Assembly (NCBI RefSeq): GCF_036321535.1
Contig: NC_087436.1
Coordinates: forward strand, 118,608,001-118,672,000
Length of the DNA: 64,000 nt
Reading direction: 5' to 3'
Origin: Camelus dromedarius
Taxonomy: Eukaryota
Positions 1 to 11,650 of this stretch are shown in pieces. The notes beneath the pieces are model-generated. The model worked only from the letters and a program-made list of their open reading frames with translations, made no database searches and was not told the origin of the DNA. The number at the start of each line of letters is the position of its first letter. Position 1 is the first letter of the stretch. The position numbers and the translations under genes are program-made.

Positions 1-199
1 GAGAAGGAGCTGGGGGAGGGGAGGGGATGAACGGAGAAGGTGAGGTCTGAGCTGGACTCAAAGTGGTCAGACCTGGGACTGGGGGTGGGGAGATAGGCAG
101 AGGGAGGCAGGGAAGGGCTCCATGCTGCCCTGGGTACCCTCGCCTCACAGGGCTCTCTGCGCAGATGGTCTCTTAATGCGCAGGACAATCCACAGCCCC

Positions 200-265
200 T
201 CTTCCTCCTCTACCTCCTCTTCCTCCTCCTCCTCCTCCCCCTCCTCCCTCTCCTCCTCCTCACCT
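200..265. repeat. (CCT)n-like pyrimidine low-complexity tract
   Basis: Imperfect CCT/CTC repeats. Confidence 0.8.
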
Positions 266-490
266 TAATCATCACCATCATCAGCGCACACGTGGCCCCA
301 GACAGTCCCACCAATAGACCCCATTCCTGTTTGAACTTGGCCTCGCTCACGCCCTCTTTGCCCTTCCTTCTAGTTCCAGTTGCCAAGCCGGATCCCGAGA
401 CACCCTCCCACTCCACTCCGCCCGGCTGCGGGGAGAGAGGCCGGGCGGCAGACTGCGGCACGTGGAAGCCACGTAAAAACCGCTGTCTTG

Positions 491-874
491 TGTTACCAAC
501 TGAATTCTGTCCCTCAGATCCACATATTGAAACTCAAACTCCCACATCTCAGAATGTGACTGTGTTTGGAGACAAGACCTCTAAAGAGATAATTAAGTTA
601 AAATGAGGCCGTGGGAGTGAGGGTCCTAATCCAAGAGGGCTGATGTCCTTATGAGAGGAAGAAAAAGCAGAGCTTTCACACACACACAGAGGAAAGGCCA
701 CGCAAAGACACAGCAGGAAGACGGCTGTCTGCCAGTCAGGAAGAGAGGCCTCAGGAGAAGCCACCCTGCTGGCACCTGACCCAGGGCTTCCAGCCTCCAG
801 AAATGTGAGAGAGAAATTTGTTGCATGACCTGAACAGTCCGGGGTATTGTGTTATGGTGGCCCGAGCTAACACA
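491..874 (+). mobile_element. MaLR solo LTR, MLT1A/B-like
   Basis: TGTTA start, AATGTGACTGTGTTTGGAGA, CCTAATCCAA, CAGCCTCCAGAA and a GTTATGG...CTAACACA end typical of MLT1. Confidence 0.8.
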
Positions 875-1422
875 CCTGGGATGTCACAGCAGGGCGGGAG
901 AGGCAGCCGATGGGGAGAAGGCAATGGACAGCTGCAGTCCCACTGAATGCCAAAGCTCGGCCTGGAGGACAGGCCTTCCTCCTTTCTCTCCTGGCCCGCT
1001 CAACCCAATTCCAGAAATTGTGGGCAGGTGGGGGAAAGAGATATGAATTCAGGCAGACGTACTAGGTTGGAATCCAGTCCTTGCCCCTAACTCATTCTGC
1101 AACATGGAGCAGCCAGTGAACCTCAGCGGCCCGCCATCTCCTCTAAGAGCGGAAGAGTGGCCAGCGTGTGAACTTGACGGCCCCTGCGGGCCGGGTGGCC
1201 CGCCTGAGCACCGTGGCAGGGAGCAGGCATGGGGCACGGGGCACACGGCAAACACAAGCCCCTTCTCCACCCACGGTGAGCGCCCCCACAAATCTCCCCA
1301 CCCCTGGGAGTCACAGGAGCCATCCCATTCATTCTGGGGCAGAGCGCCAGCCTTCCGTCCCCGCTAAGGGCTGGGCAGCCTAGCGGGGTGGGCTTCTTAA
1401 AAGGTCTGTTTAGTCAACCCAC

Positions 1423-1511
1423 TTTATGAGTCCGTCTTCCAGGTAGACGTCGGCATAGAAGGACTGGTCATCGTTAATGATCCGTCCGCCTTTGATGAGG
1501 AGCCGGTCACT
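1423..1511 (-). CDS. CRMP1: CRMP1 shared coding exon 2 (89 nt; [30 protein letters not shown], last codon split)
   Basis: Minus strand reads ttttcag|AGTGACCGGCTC...CTCATAAA|gtgggt, with canonical AG/GT ends. The peptide matches the CRMP1 N-terminal region. Its phase-0 start joins both first exons in frame. Too short to appear in the ORF track. Confidence 0.97.
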
Positions 1512-1559
1512 CTGAAAAGCCAAGCAAAGTAGTGTCATTAAAGAAAAGCCAGGAAATGT

Positions 1560-2080
1560 TTTTGTTCTTTCTAACTTTTAACATAGAAAGTTTAAATCGT
1601 TTCTAAAGGGAAGATAAGGCATAAAGAGCCCCCTCACAGCCATCACCCAGATGCTTTCAATACTTCAGCATTCTAATATCACCTACCTCCCCCCTCCGAC
1701 ACTTCGGCTTTTTTTTTTTTTTTTGCTGAAATATTTTAAAGCCCAAATATCACATCATTTCACCTATACATACTTCAGTTTATAATCTCTGTTAGGAGTT
1801 TTTAGATGAACATAATCACAATCCGTTATCCCAATAAACCCAATTAACATCAATTCTTTCATGTCAGTTAATAGTCAGACCACATTCAATTTTACTTGAT
1901 TTTCTCAAATACGTCCTTTTAGAGTGGGCTGGTTGGAATCAGGATCTACCCAACGTCCAAACTGCACCTGGTCCACAATTCTCTACAGTCTGTTAAAAAT
2001 CAGTGCTAGCCCCTCCGCCCTTACTGTCTTTCATTTGTTGAAGAAACCAGGCCATTTGTAGACTAAGAATTTCTCTTACA
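1560..2080 (-). mobile_element. Ancient L1 (L1MC/L1ME-like) 3' region
   Basis: Motifs such as CCATCACCCAG, AAATATTTTAAAG, GAATCAGGATC and TTTGTTGAAGAAACCAGG resemble old L1 3' UTRs in antisense orientation. Confidence 0.55.
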
Positions 2081-3139
2081 GCAGTATTATTGAATAGAAC
2101 AAACCCAATTTAGGGACATTTTAAAAGAGAATTAAATGACTAAAAACTAAATGCAACTCTTCCAGAAAAACCTCCCATTGTTGTTCTCATGTTTTGCTCC
2201 CATTTCCCTGTATTTCCATCCTTGCGCACGTATCCATTCACTTGTCCGTGCACCCGTCATACTGGCCAGTTGCCTCGGCTCCAAGCCCAGGGAGGAGCCT
2301 AGAGTAACCAGGGTAAAAGGTGCTTTCCTGGAGATGATCAGGGAGAGGCAGAGGTTTAACCAATCACGGGACTTGAGAGATTCCACAAGAGGACAAGCAC
2401 AGGGTGTCCACCACGGGAGCAAAATGAAAGGGCTGCCAATCGTAGTGGGGGTCAGGCAAGGCAAGCTCACATCTAGAAAATAATTCAGGTGAGTGCTGAG
2501 TGCCTGGGCAGAAAGAACGGGTGTGCCAAGGCCCAGAGGCTGCAAAGGATGCAGCAAACTCTAGGAGCGAAAAAACCATACAATTGTGTCCTTTTTGCTT
2601 TTTACCGTTTTACCGTCAGCCTATCCCAAGTTATTCCATGTTCTGCATAACCATGTTCAAATGGCTACAAGATAGTCCACTTTACGGATACACAATAAAT
2701 TGTCTAACTGCTCCCCCACTGTTTTTTTCACTGTTTCACAATGATACATATTGCTACAGTGAACATCTTTGTGCACAAAGTTTTCCCCTTAATTTGGACT
2801 ATTTTTTAGGCTAAATTCTCAGAAGTTTAACAACTGGTCAAACAGTATAAACCTTGTTTGTGGCCCTTGAGAAATATAACCAGATTGCTTTGCAAAAGTA
2901 CGTCCCCAATTCTCCATCATGAGATGGCCAAGCATCCTTGGTTATCATTCATATTTGTTAATTTGCATTTCTGGGAGGCTGAGAATTTTTTTGCCATGTG
3001 CATGTTCACTATTTCTACTGTCTCCTAGCGAAAGATGTGGTGATGGATAGAACACAGCCTGTGCCCTTCAGCCCCACCCCTCAGGCAGGAAGAGAGACAG
3101 TGAACAGATGGTACGATTCACAGCCGCCGCTTCTGAGGA

Positions 3140-3350
3140 GGTGTCCTGCACAGGTTCTCCTGAAAATGGAGCCTGAGACAAGGATTTAGAGGCAGCAGTG
3201 ATTCCGGGAGGTGATTCCACGAAACAGAGTGAGGAAGTGGGCAGAGGGAGGCAGGCGTGGAAATCTAACACAGGGTACACTCCGATCTGGCTAATGCTCT
3301 GAGCAGCTGGATCAGGACCCTCTGAGGAAACTTCTAGAGCTAGAATGCAC
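3140..3350 (-). mobile_element. Old ERVL LTR fragment (LTR33/LTR16-like)
   Basis: GAGCCTGAGACAAGGATTT...GGGAGGTGATTCC motif recalled from these LTR families. Confidence 0.4.
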
Positions 3351-3968
3351 CTCAGATTGGTCCCAGTGGTCCCGTGGTATCAGCCATGAGAGGAAGGCAG
3401 ATGATGCTGCAGAAGCCCGGAAAAGAAGGGTTTCACCCAAACTAAGGATCAGGAAAGGCTTGCTGAGCAGAAACAAAGCAGGCAGCCTGATGCTCAGAAC
3501 CATCTGGTGGCTCCTTGCATTGGTATATTCCCCTCAGAGTGATGTTCACCAAGTCAGTGAGACGCTACTTCATCTGGAACCCGACCATCTTGGCAAAGCG
3601 CACTCTCTGACTTGCTTCAGGTCTCTGCTCAGGGTTACTCACCTGAGAGCCCCCACCGTGGCTGCCCCACCTGCAGACCCCACACCCCTTACCCACCTGA
3701 TGTTTCCGCAGTGCTTCATACGGTGCATCTAACCTGTCGTATATTTACGTGTCCGCCTAAAATGTGACTTGCCCCACTGACATCAGAGCTCGGTGTGTAA
3801 TCCCACAGGCACAACTCACAGCAGACCAACTGCATACACGCTGATGCAGACAGATGGTGCCACCTAGAGCTGTCCCTGCAGCTCCTTAAGAGACTCAGCG
3901 CCATGGGGGTAGAGATTTCATCTGTTTCCTTCACTGCTATATCTCCACTACCTTGGACACAGCCTGGC

Positions 3969-4001
3969 CAGATGGATGGATGGATGGATGGACGAATGGA
4001 T
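3969..4001. repeat. (GGAT)n short tandem repeat
   Basis: gatggatggatggatggatggacgaatggat; likely an L2 tail remnant. Confidence 0.75.
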
Positions 4002-4621
4002 GCCTGAAATGACTCTCAAAGGATAAATGGCTGAAGACGGAGAGAAAAGGCATCACTGCCAGGAGACAAGAACCGTGAGCCATGAGCCAAGGAAGAGGAG
4101 CTGGAACCAGCATGTCCTGTTCTCCAGGAGGAGGGTCTCTGGAGGAGGCGGCTTCAAGCCCAGTCACTTCCAGGCCCCACACCCTGCCTCTTATCCACAA
4201 GATAGAAGCCAGTCACCATTTGTGCATCCCCAGGGAGGGAACTCAGCGTGGCCTCTGGGATATTCCAGGACCCAGGGAAAGGGGCGTGGCTCTGCATACA
4301 CAGGAGGAGAGACACGCTGGTGTGCAGGCTTCCCCGGGCACCAGAAAGAAGGGAAACAGGAGTCAGTGGCAGCTGGTGCCTGGTTTCTGGAACACGGCCT
4401 CCCGCAGGCAGCCGTCACCTCATCACGTTTGATAAAGGGCTTTCCAGGCTAATCCCGAAAGGTGGTATTTAATGTGCCGTGCGTCAGAAGATCAGCCCCG
4501 CCCTGCTCTGCTCCTGGAATCAGATGTTCATATCCATGCACCCCGCCTCCGCCAGCTACCAGCAGATGCTGTGCACGGCTACCACAGGTCCCAGCTCTTG
4601 CTGTTCTCAGGAACCAGCGTA

Positions 4622-4652
<31 letters not shown>
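4622..4652. repeat. (TC)n(AC)n compound microsatellite
   Basis: Read directly from the sequence. Confidence 0.9.
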
Positions 4653-5654
4653 GCCACAAGAAAGCAAGAGCTGATATGACCTTTTCCTTCTCTTCCCTAA
4701 AATTTGCACTGTTTTCCCTTTCAATGGGCACTTTCAAAACCATGTCCTTTAGAACTCCAGCCCAGAGGGGTTGTAGTAGATGTTGATCTAAGAGGCAATT
4801 CCCAGGTGTAGTGAGTTTACAAAAATCTAGGTTAAAGAGAAGCAAAGATCATTCTCATGACAGCAATTCCCAGATCCTTTACTCCACTGATGTGCAATGT
4901 GAATGAATATTCAAGAGGAAAACTGAGTTTGATCCTTTCTAAACTTAGACTCTTTCATTTTGTGGAACATTTGACAAGGACACTTTTCCTCAGACGACAT
5001 CAGAGGAAATGCGCTTTACAAGAGCGATGCTCTCCATGCCTGTTTGCATGAACGGTTCTTGTGGAATTGACGTCTGATCTGACCTCAGGTGGATACACGG
5101 CCTGAAGATGGGATGACTTCCCAAATTCACACAACCAATAGGGACGAAGGTCAGACCCAAGGCTTCCTAACTTACAACTTCCTGTCCAGTGTTCGCACCA
5201 TCAAACACACTTCTGTCACATTTTTAAGCATTTTCACCATCAGATTTAGAAATAACATGACAACCTAGCTCCCTAGGGCTCCCTTTCTTCATGCAGGAAA
5301 TGTCAGTGAAAAATCCCAAAGAGATGTACACTGAAAACAGTGAATTTTATGGTACGTAATTTTTAAGGATTTAATAAAATGAAAGTCACACATTTGAAAG
5401 AAAGTAACTCTCCCCTGCCTGTCCCTGGACTGCCACAAGGGGCAGTTGGCAGAGATGAACAATGACAAACTCTGTACAAAGATCACCGCTAAATACCTTG
5501 AAGGAAATGAAATATTCTATTAAAAATTCAACACAAATTAAACAGCCAGAATATGTCAGAGACTGCCCATTCATTCCACAGTGACAGCAGTGACCTAAAG
5601 CGACTTACGCTCAGCACGGCTCATGTCCTTGGATCAATACTGTGTAAGAACAAA

Positions 5655-5860
5655 ATGTCCAGAGTCAGACAGGTGCAGCTTCCAATCCCTGCCCACTTGT
5701 TATCCATGTGACCTCACCTCTCGGAGCCTCAGTTTCCTCATCTACAAAATGGGGATAATCGTTCTCGCCTCATAGGGCTACCGGGAGAACCCCCGGGGTA
5801 TGTATGTAAAATGCTTAGCCCCAGCCTGTCACTGGTGAATACTCAACGGCGTTACACATT
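5655..5860 (+). mobile_element. MIR SINE
   Basis: Core GAGCCTCAGTTTCCTCATCTACAAAATGGGGATAAT...CTCATAGGG. Confidence 0.8.
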
Positions 5861-7004
5861 GTTTATTCTTTGCCATTTTCTGTAGAAGGAACTACAAGCA
5901 ATAAATATTTGCTTAAGGAAAGAGCATATGTGGCTAAAAGAAATAGTTCTTGTCCTTCAGGGTTCTCAGGCCAGTGGAGACTGAGCCATCAAGAGACCTT
6001 TGCACTCCAGTGTGGGAAGGGCTGGGACAGAGAGGAGTGCAGGGGTGATGGGAGCTCAGAGGAGGCCTCCACTCCAGCCCTACCGGGGGAATCACGCTTG
6101 TTCTGAGCTTGAAGAATGAGTAGGAATTAGCCACATGGCAAAGAAGAGAAGAGATGCAGAGAGAACGAATGGCAGGGTGAAAGGCGTCGGTTGGGAGGAG
6201 CCTGGCATACTTGGGTAAGTGGTTTCCTCCAGCTGAAAGGTGACCTTGGTGTGGGGAACCTGGCCAGGTACGTAGGCACCAGCTCACGGGGACTCTAACG
6301 CCATGAACAGAGGGGAGTCTGGGCTGCTCACAATGGTAGTGGAAGGGATACATCAGGAGTAACTCCAACATACAGTTTCTGAACTGAGACATCACCTAAA
6401 AACTGGGCAGAAGTGGAAGAAGGGAAACTGATAATCTTCACGCTTTCCTCAAAGCTGGGATTTCTCACTAGGAGTAAGTGTCAGCCAAGTTGACAAAATG
6501 AACCAAGGCCCTTAAAATTGTTCACGACTTTAAACCTAGAAATTTAGTACTGGGAATTTGTCCTCAGGAAAATATCCCCAACAGGGTCAAGGAATTCTAC
6601 ACAAAGAGATAAACCAGAGTTAATTACAGTCCTATAACCTCACCTAAGCTACTAAAATATTCCCCAGGAGTTTTTAAGTATAAACAATATTGCTAGACAA
6701 TAAAATGTTTGGTGAAAAAGCAAAATACCAGATTCTCTACATGGTCGGTCTTTCTGGTAGCACTGGACTCCCCCCAGTGGAGACTTTGGGATGCCTCCCC
6801 CAGCCCCTGTTGCCCCTTGCACGCCCTCCTCCCACAAGAGTCATCACTTCACATCCACACACCATTGCTCATGTGCTCATCTCCTGCTGTGCTAGATGCC
6901 CCTCCACAGCCAGGATTTATCTGTGTGAGTCATCTCCAAATCCCCAGGGACCAACCAGGGACTTCACACAATTTTTAGCAAATCTCTGCTGAGTGGGAGG
7001 AAAA

Positions 7005-7200
7005 GAGGTGACAGACAGGAGGAAGGGGAGAGGGAAAGAGAAGAAAGAGAATGTTTGAAAAGACAAAAGGAGTGAGGAGAGAACAGCAGAGTGAGATAAA
7101 AGAGTGATTAAGAGGGTGGGAAAAATGAAGGAAAAGAGGGAAGAAAGAAAGGAAGGAAGTGGGGAGGTGAGAAACAAAGAAAAAAGGAGGAAAGGATAGA
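7005..7200. repeat. GA-rich purine low-complexity tract
   Basis: About 200 nt that is almost all A/G on the plus strand. Confidence 0.75.
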
Positions 7201-8060
7201 CTGACATCAGAAACCTCTCTTTTCTGCTTTTAAAACTCTCTGAAAGCCTGGGAATAGAAGCTTGCTTAGTGCGAAGCCTGTACAATACAGATGAGGCTGA
7301 AAGGCATCCTCACAAGGGGCCCACCTAAGCCTTGGTGCTGGGCAGTCATCGTGTCTCTACTGCCAAACGCCCTGGAGTCAGAGGAGCAACCCAGAGACGG
7401 GAAGGCCCTCTTCTCCAAACCTGCAATTATCTCCACTCCAGCTCCAACCGGGAGGGGTTGGCAGGATGCCTTTGCTCTCTTCACAAATATTAAGCCCATG
7501 TTGAGCACTGCTTACAAAAACTAGCTGTTAAAGCTTCAGACACTCTTACCCACACAACAGCAAAATAAACAACAGTCAGCTTCAGCTGGCAGGGGAGGTG
7601 TGGATCACTGCGCACTTTTTGCATCACTGTCTACCCCAGAGCAAAGCATTAAGCCTCCCTGCACTCTGTTTCTCCCTCCTGCATGGTGGGAAGAAAGTCT
7701 GTATTTCCATTGCAAAGTCAGAGGAACAGAAAGCCCATTCAGGTCTGGGGAGACTTAGAAGGAAGAAAAAAGGTGGTAGTCTCACCAAACCAACACTTAC
7801 CCCAAATCACTAGTTTAGCAACCTTGGCTATCTGGAAAACAGCAGAGAACGAAAGCTGTCATTACAGAGACTGAGAAAGACAGTGACTATGTCATCAAGG
7901 AGGGCACATTTGAGCTGGATTCTGAAATTGATAAGTTCATGAGGCCAAAAAAATGGAGAAGGGGAGCAGTCCAGCGAAGTAAGGAGACTACACACAGACA
8001 CGGTGTTCTGAAAGTTCCACGTTCCGTGCAGTCAACAAGGAGACTACAGCGCAAAGTGGG

Positions 8061-8081
8061 TGCGCTGTCCGTGGTTCTGAA
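8061..8081 (-). promoter_or_regulatory. RE1/NRSE (REST binding site), canonical spacing
   Basis: Minus strand TTCAGAACCACGGACAGCGCA versus consensus TTCAGCACCACGGACAGCGCC: 19/21 identical, in intron 1 of a neuronal gene. Confidence 0.8.
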
Positions 8082-9059
8082 ACGCAACTGGGCGCTGGGA
8101 CAGCAAGGTTTCCCCAAACCCTGGGACACTGAAGATCCCTCTCCATTCTACCTCATCCAGCTCTGGAGCTCCTCACCGCTTTTCTTTCTCAGCTTACCCG
8201 CATATCTGTAATATTTACGTTCCTAGAGAGCAAAAATAGTCATGGATTCTGTTTCACAATGTCTGTAGATGGTTTCAAGTACTTTTAACTCTTGGTGCCA
8301 ACCGTTCAATACTCTAATTATCCCACCCCAGGAAGATGGGGGGAGGGCACGTGATACCCTCATGTTCCCTCTCCTACAGGGCTTCACTAATGCAGACACT
8401 GGAATCTGGGGTCAGTGAGTGAGTGAGTGCCAAGAACAGATCTCAGAGATCTTCACACTGAGAGGGCAGCTCCCTCTGTGGCTGTAGGTGCACACAGACT
8501 CTGATGAGGCTGCTTGATTCATCAGCGGGACTGGCCTTAGAGTAAATTAAATGACCAGTTACTCCTGAAAAGATGAAGAATCTCGTCCTCTCCAAACAGC
8601 AAACATGAAAATGAGTCTCAAAAAGATAAAGGAAGCTTCATCTGGTAAAATGTGCTTGTCCCTGCGTTGAGTACAGGTGGAATTGCTTTCTCATAAGGCA
8701 GAGAAATGTCAAGTTAAATTCTGAAAGTTACTAGTTCTTCAAACTCTACAAGCCACTGATATTAGGGCTCATGCTTGCAACTCAAACATTCAATAGGACA
8801 GACAGGCACACATCACTCATGTATGTACAACTCACAACATGGCACGGGAGCCTAGATAACTCTGAAAATCCACCGAGGTTGCCTGTTGAATATTCCAATC
8901 CAGGTGCTTTTGTAAAGATTTTCATTTGCCAGATCTAGTTTATGGGGCCAGGAACGTATGCTATTAACAAACACCTCAGATATTCTTGATGTAGATCCTC
9001 TGTGGAAGATCATGCTACTTGTTTCACAACTCTTCTTGCTCTCCCACCCTTGCCATGCT

Positions 9060-9446
9060 CCAATGTGGGTGCAGGGCTCTCCCAACCCCATCGACTGTGG
9101 GTATGCCTATGTGACTCACTTTGATCAACAGAATGAGAGTGAATGTGAGTGCACCAGTCTGAGCACAAGCTTTAAGAGGGAGGTGGGTTTCAGTTCAAAT
9201 TTTTGGGAGTTATGAAAACCACAGGACCCAAGGAATGATGCCTCCTTCAGCCTGAGTCCCCAAATGAGAAGATATGAGGAATGTGCCTGACCCGAACAGA
9301 AGCTGGAAGACAAATCTAGCTGAGCCGTGCTGAGCCTCTGCCACCCACAAACCTGTGAACAACAAATAACTATTTGTTGTTGTAAGCCACAGAATTACAG
9401 GGTTATTTGTTATGCAACATTTATTGCATCGAAGCACATTGATACA
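9060..9446 (+). mobile_element. MaLR LTR, MLT1H/I/J-like
   Basis: ATGTGACTCACTTTG, TTCAGCCTGAGTCCC and TTGTTGTAAGCCAC...TTTGTTATGCA...GATACA end. Confidence 0.7.
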
Positions 9447-10999
9447 CTATTCAGATTCTGTGCCAGAAGCCACAGCCACGGTGATTGCTGAGAAATTTTT
9501 CTAGCTCAAACACTTCACAAATCCATGACTCTGTTCCTACCTTTAATGAATGGAGCCCCTTTCCTCCCAGGTTCCCTGCCAAGATCTCCCAAACAGGCTC
9601 CTTGCAGCATTAAGCCTCCCTGCACTCTGTTCTCCCTCCTGCATGGTGGAAATAAAGTCTATTATTTCCATCGCAAGTGCTGCCTACAGTGTGCAGCTGC
9701 ACATTCATATTGATTCAAAGGAAACCAGCTCATTTGCCTGTGGTTTTGCCTCAGGGGACAGCCTGTCAGCCGGCGGCCCTTTGCTACACTTTCCAGGAAA
9801 GTAGCCCTGGAAGTGGCAACAGGCCTGAGACTGAATCTAATTAACACACATTTGTTCTCCACACACATGAGTAGGGTACATGGTGGTATTTTACTCCTTC
9901 ATGAATCAGAAATACAGGTGGTCTCCATGGATTACAGGCCTTTTCTGTGAGCTCAGGGCCATTTCCATGACAATTGCAATTTTAACAGCGTGATCTCAAG
10001 CTCCATTGTACCTGACAGCCATTCAGGAAAAACTCCCTGATGGGCTGAGAATCTGGTTTTAAAATAACATACCTCTATCATGACCCCAGGAGTGGATAAG
10101 GTCTTCAGGCTACCGTAGAAGGATCATGCTAGCTAAATCTGTATATATGTCTAGACCTACTTCTGCATTTCCTTGTCTCTGCTTTTTACCTTATATAAAG
10201 CAATCTGAACAGAAACCCGTTGCCTTTAAGAAAATCATATTTCTGAGTACATACTAAACATCAGTTCTGCATTACAAGGGGTTTTCATTTTTAATTCTTA
10301 AGTCACCTTAGGAAGTGGGTATTATTGCTACAAATCAGGAAACTCAGACAAGTCAAGTGATTTACTCAAGGTCACACAGCCAGGAGATGGTGGACCCAGA
10401 TTTGAACCTAGTACCACATGGTACCTATAGAGTGACAGCCCAGTGTCCCCTGCTGGTTATCCCAGTGTTCTTTCCACTATGCCTAGTTAAAATGTCTGAG
10501 GCTCCATTCCCTGCTTTGCAAAATGGGGATAAGCAAGAATAATCCATACATATCCATATGCCAAGCACCTCACCAGCCCTCCTGATAAGGCTGCTGCAAT
10601 TGCGGTTGAAAGGGTGTAAGGCAGATTAGAGGACTCTGAAAGTTACAAAGGGCTCTAAGTGATAAGGTATTAAATGCGAGAACTATTCACTTAATAAACA
10701 TTGGCAATGCCCCCTGAGCCGGCTACTTCTGTACTTATTATCTCATTTAATGTTCATTTAACAAAGAGGCGATGTTGTCTGCTGGTTAAGGACACAGGGG
10801 CAGAGGGCAGACTGCCCGAGTTCTAATCTGGCCTCACACTTACTAACCATGTGCCTTAGTCACGTTCACCTCTCTGTGCTTCAGTGTCCCAAGATAATGC
10901 AGAGAAAGGTTTTGAAAGCTAAAACAATTAATACATGGACAGTGCTTAGCACCTATATTTTAAAGTCTTTGCAACCTGGGGAGATAAATCTCATTCATG

Positions 11000-11650
11000 T
11001 GCCCAGTTTCATCTTCAGATTCTCTCTAACCTCCCACACTCCAAACTCAACTCTTTCATAGATGTTGTCGCATCTGCTCCAGAAATGTCCTCATACCCAC
11101 CTGCTGATGTCCACCTCCCACTGCACCTGCCCAGGCCAGCCCTCCTTACCTGTCTCCCTGCTGCCTGTCTTGTCCCCTCCACATGACAGCCAATGACTTT
11201 TCTGACCCACAAATGCAACCATATCATGTCTCTCCTTCAAACCTTTCACCACCTTGTCCTCGCTTATAAGACAGAGTATGCCCTCAGGCTCTTTCTGGCC
11301 TGGCCTCCTCCCTCTCCCGGGTTTGCACCATATTCTGACTCTTGAAACTGCAATTTCACACCCTGTGCCTTTGTCTGTGGCGCCCACTCACTGGACTTCC
11401 TGCCACACCTGCTCTGCCCATAGATTTCCAACTCGTCAGGTGCAGTGTCCTGCCTCCATGAACAGGTGTTCGCCCTACGGCACAAGGCTTGCATCTCTGG
11501 TCCGCACTGTCTCACAAGTGCATGACAATTCATCTTTCGGTTCATTTTTATATGTCCATTTCCCCCCAAGAGACTGTGAGATCCTTCACCACAGAGACTA
11601 CAGCTTATTCCCACACAGCTTCTTAGCCGGTGACCTGCAGCAAGATACTT
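11000..11650 (+). mobile_element. L2 LINE 3' fragment
   Basis: Degenerate L2 motifs (CATGTCTCTCCTTCAAACCTTTC, AGACTGTGAGATCCTT). Confidence 0.55.
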
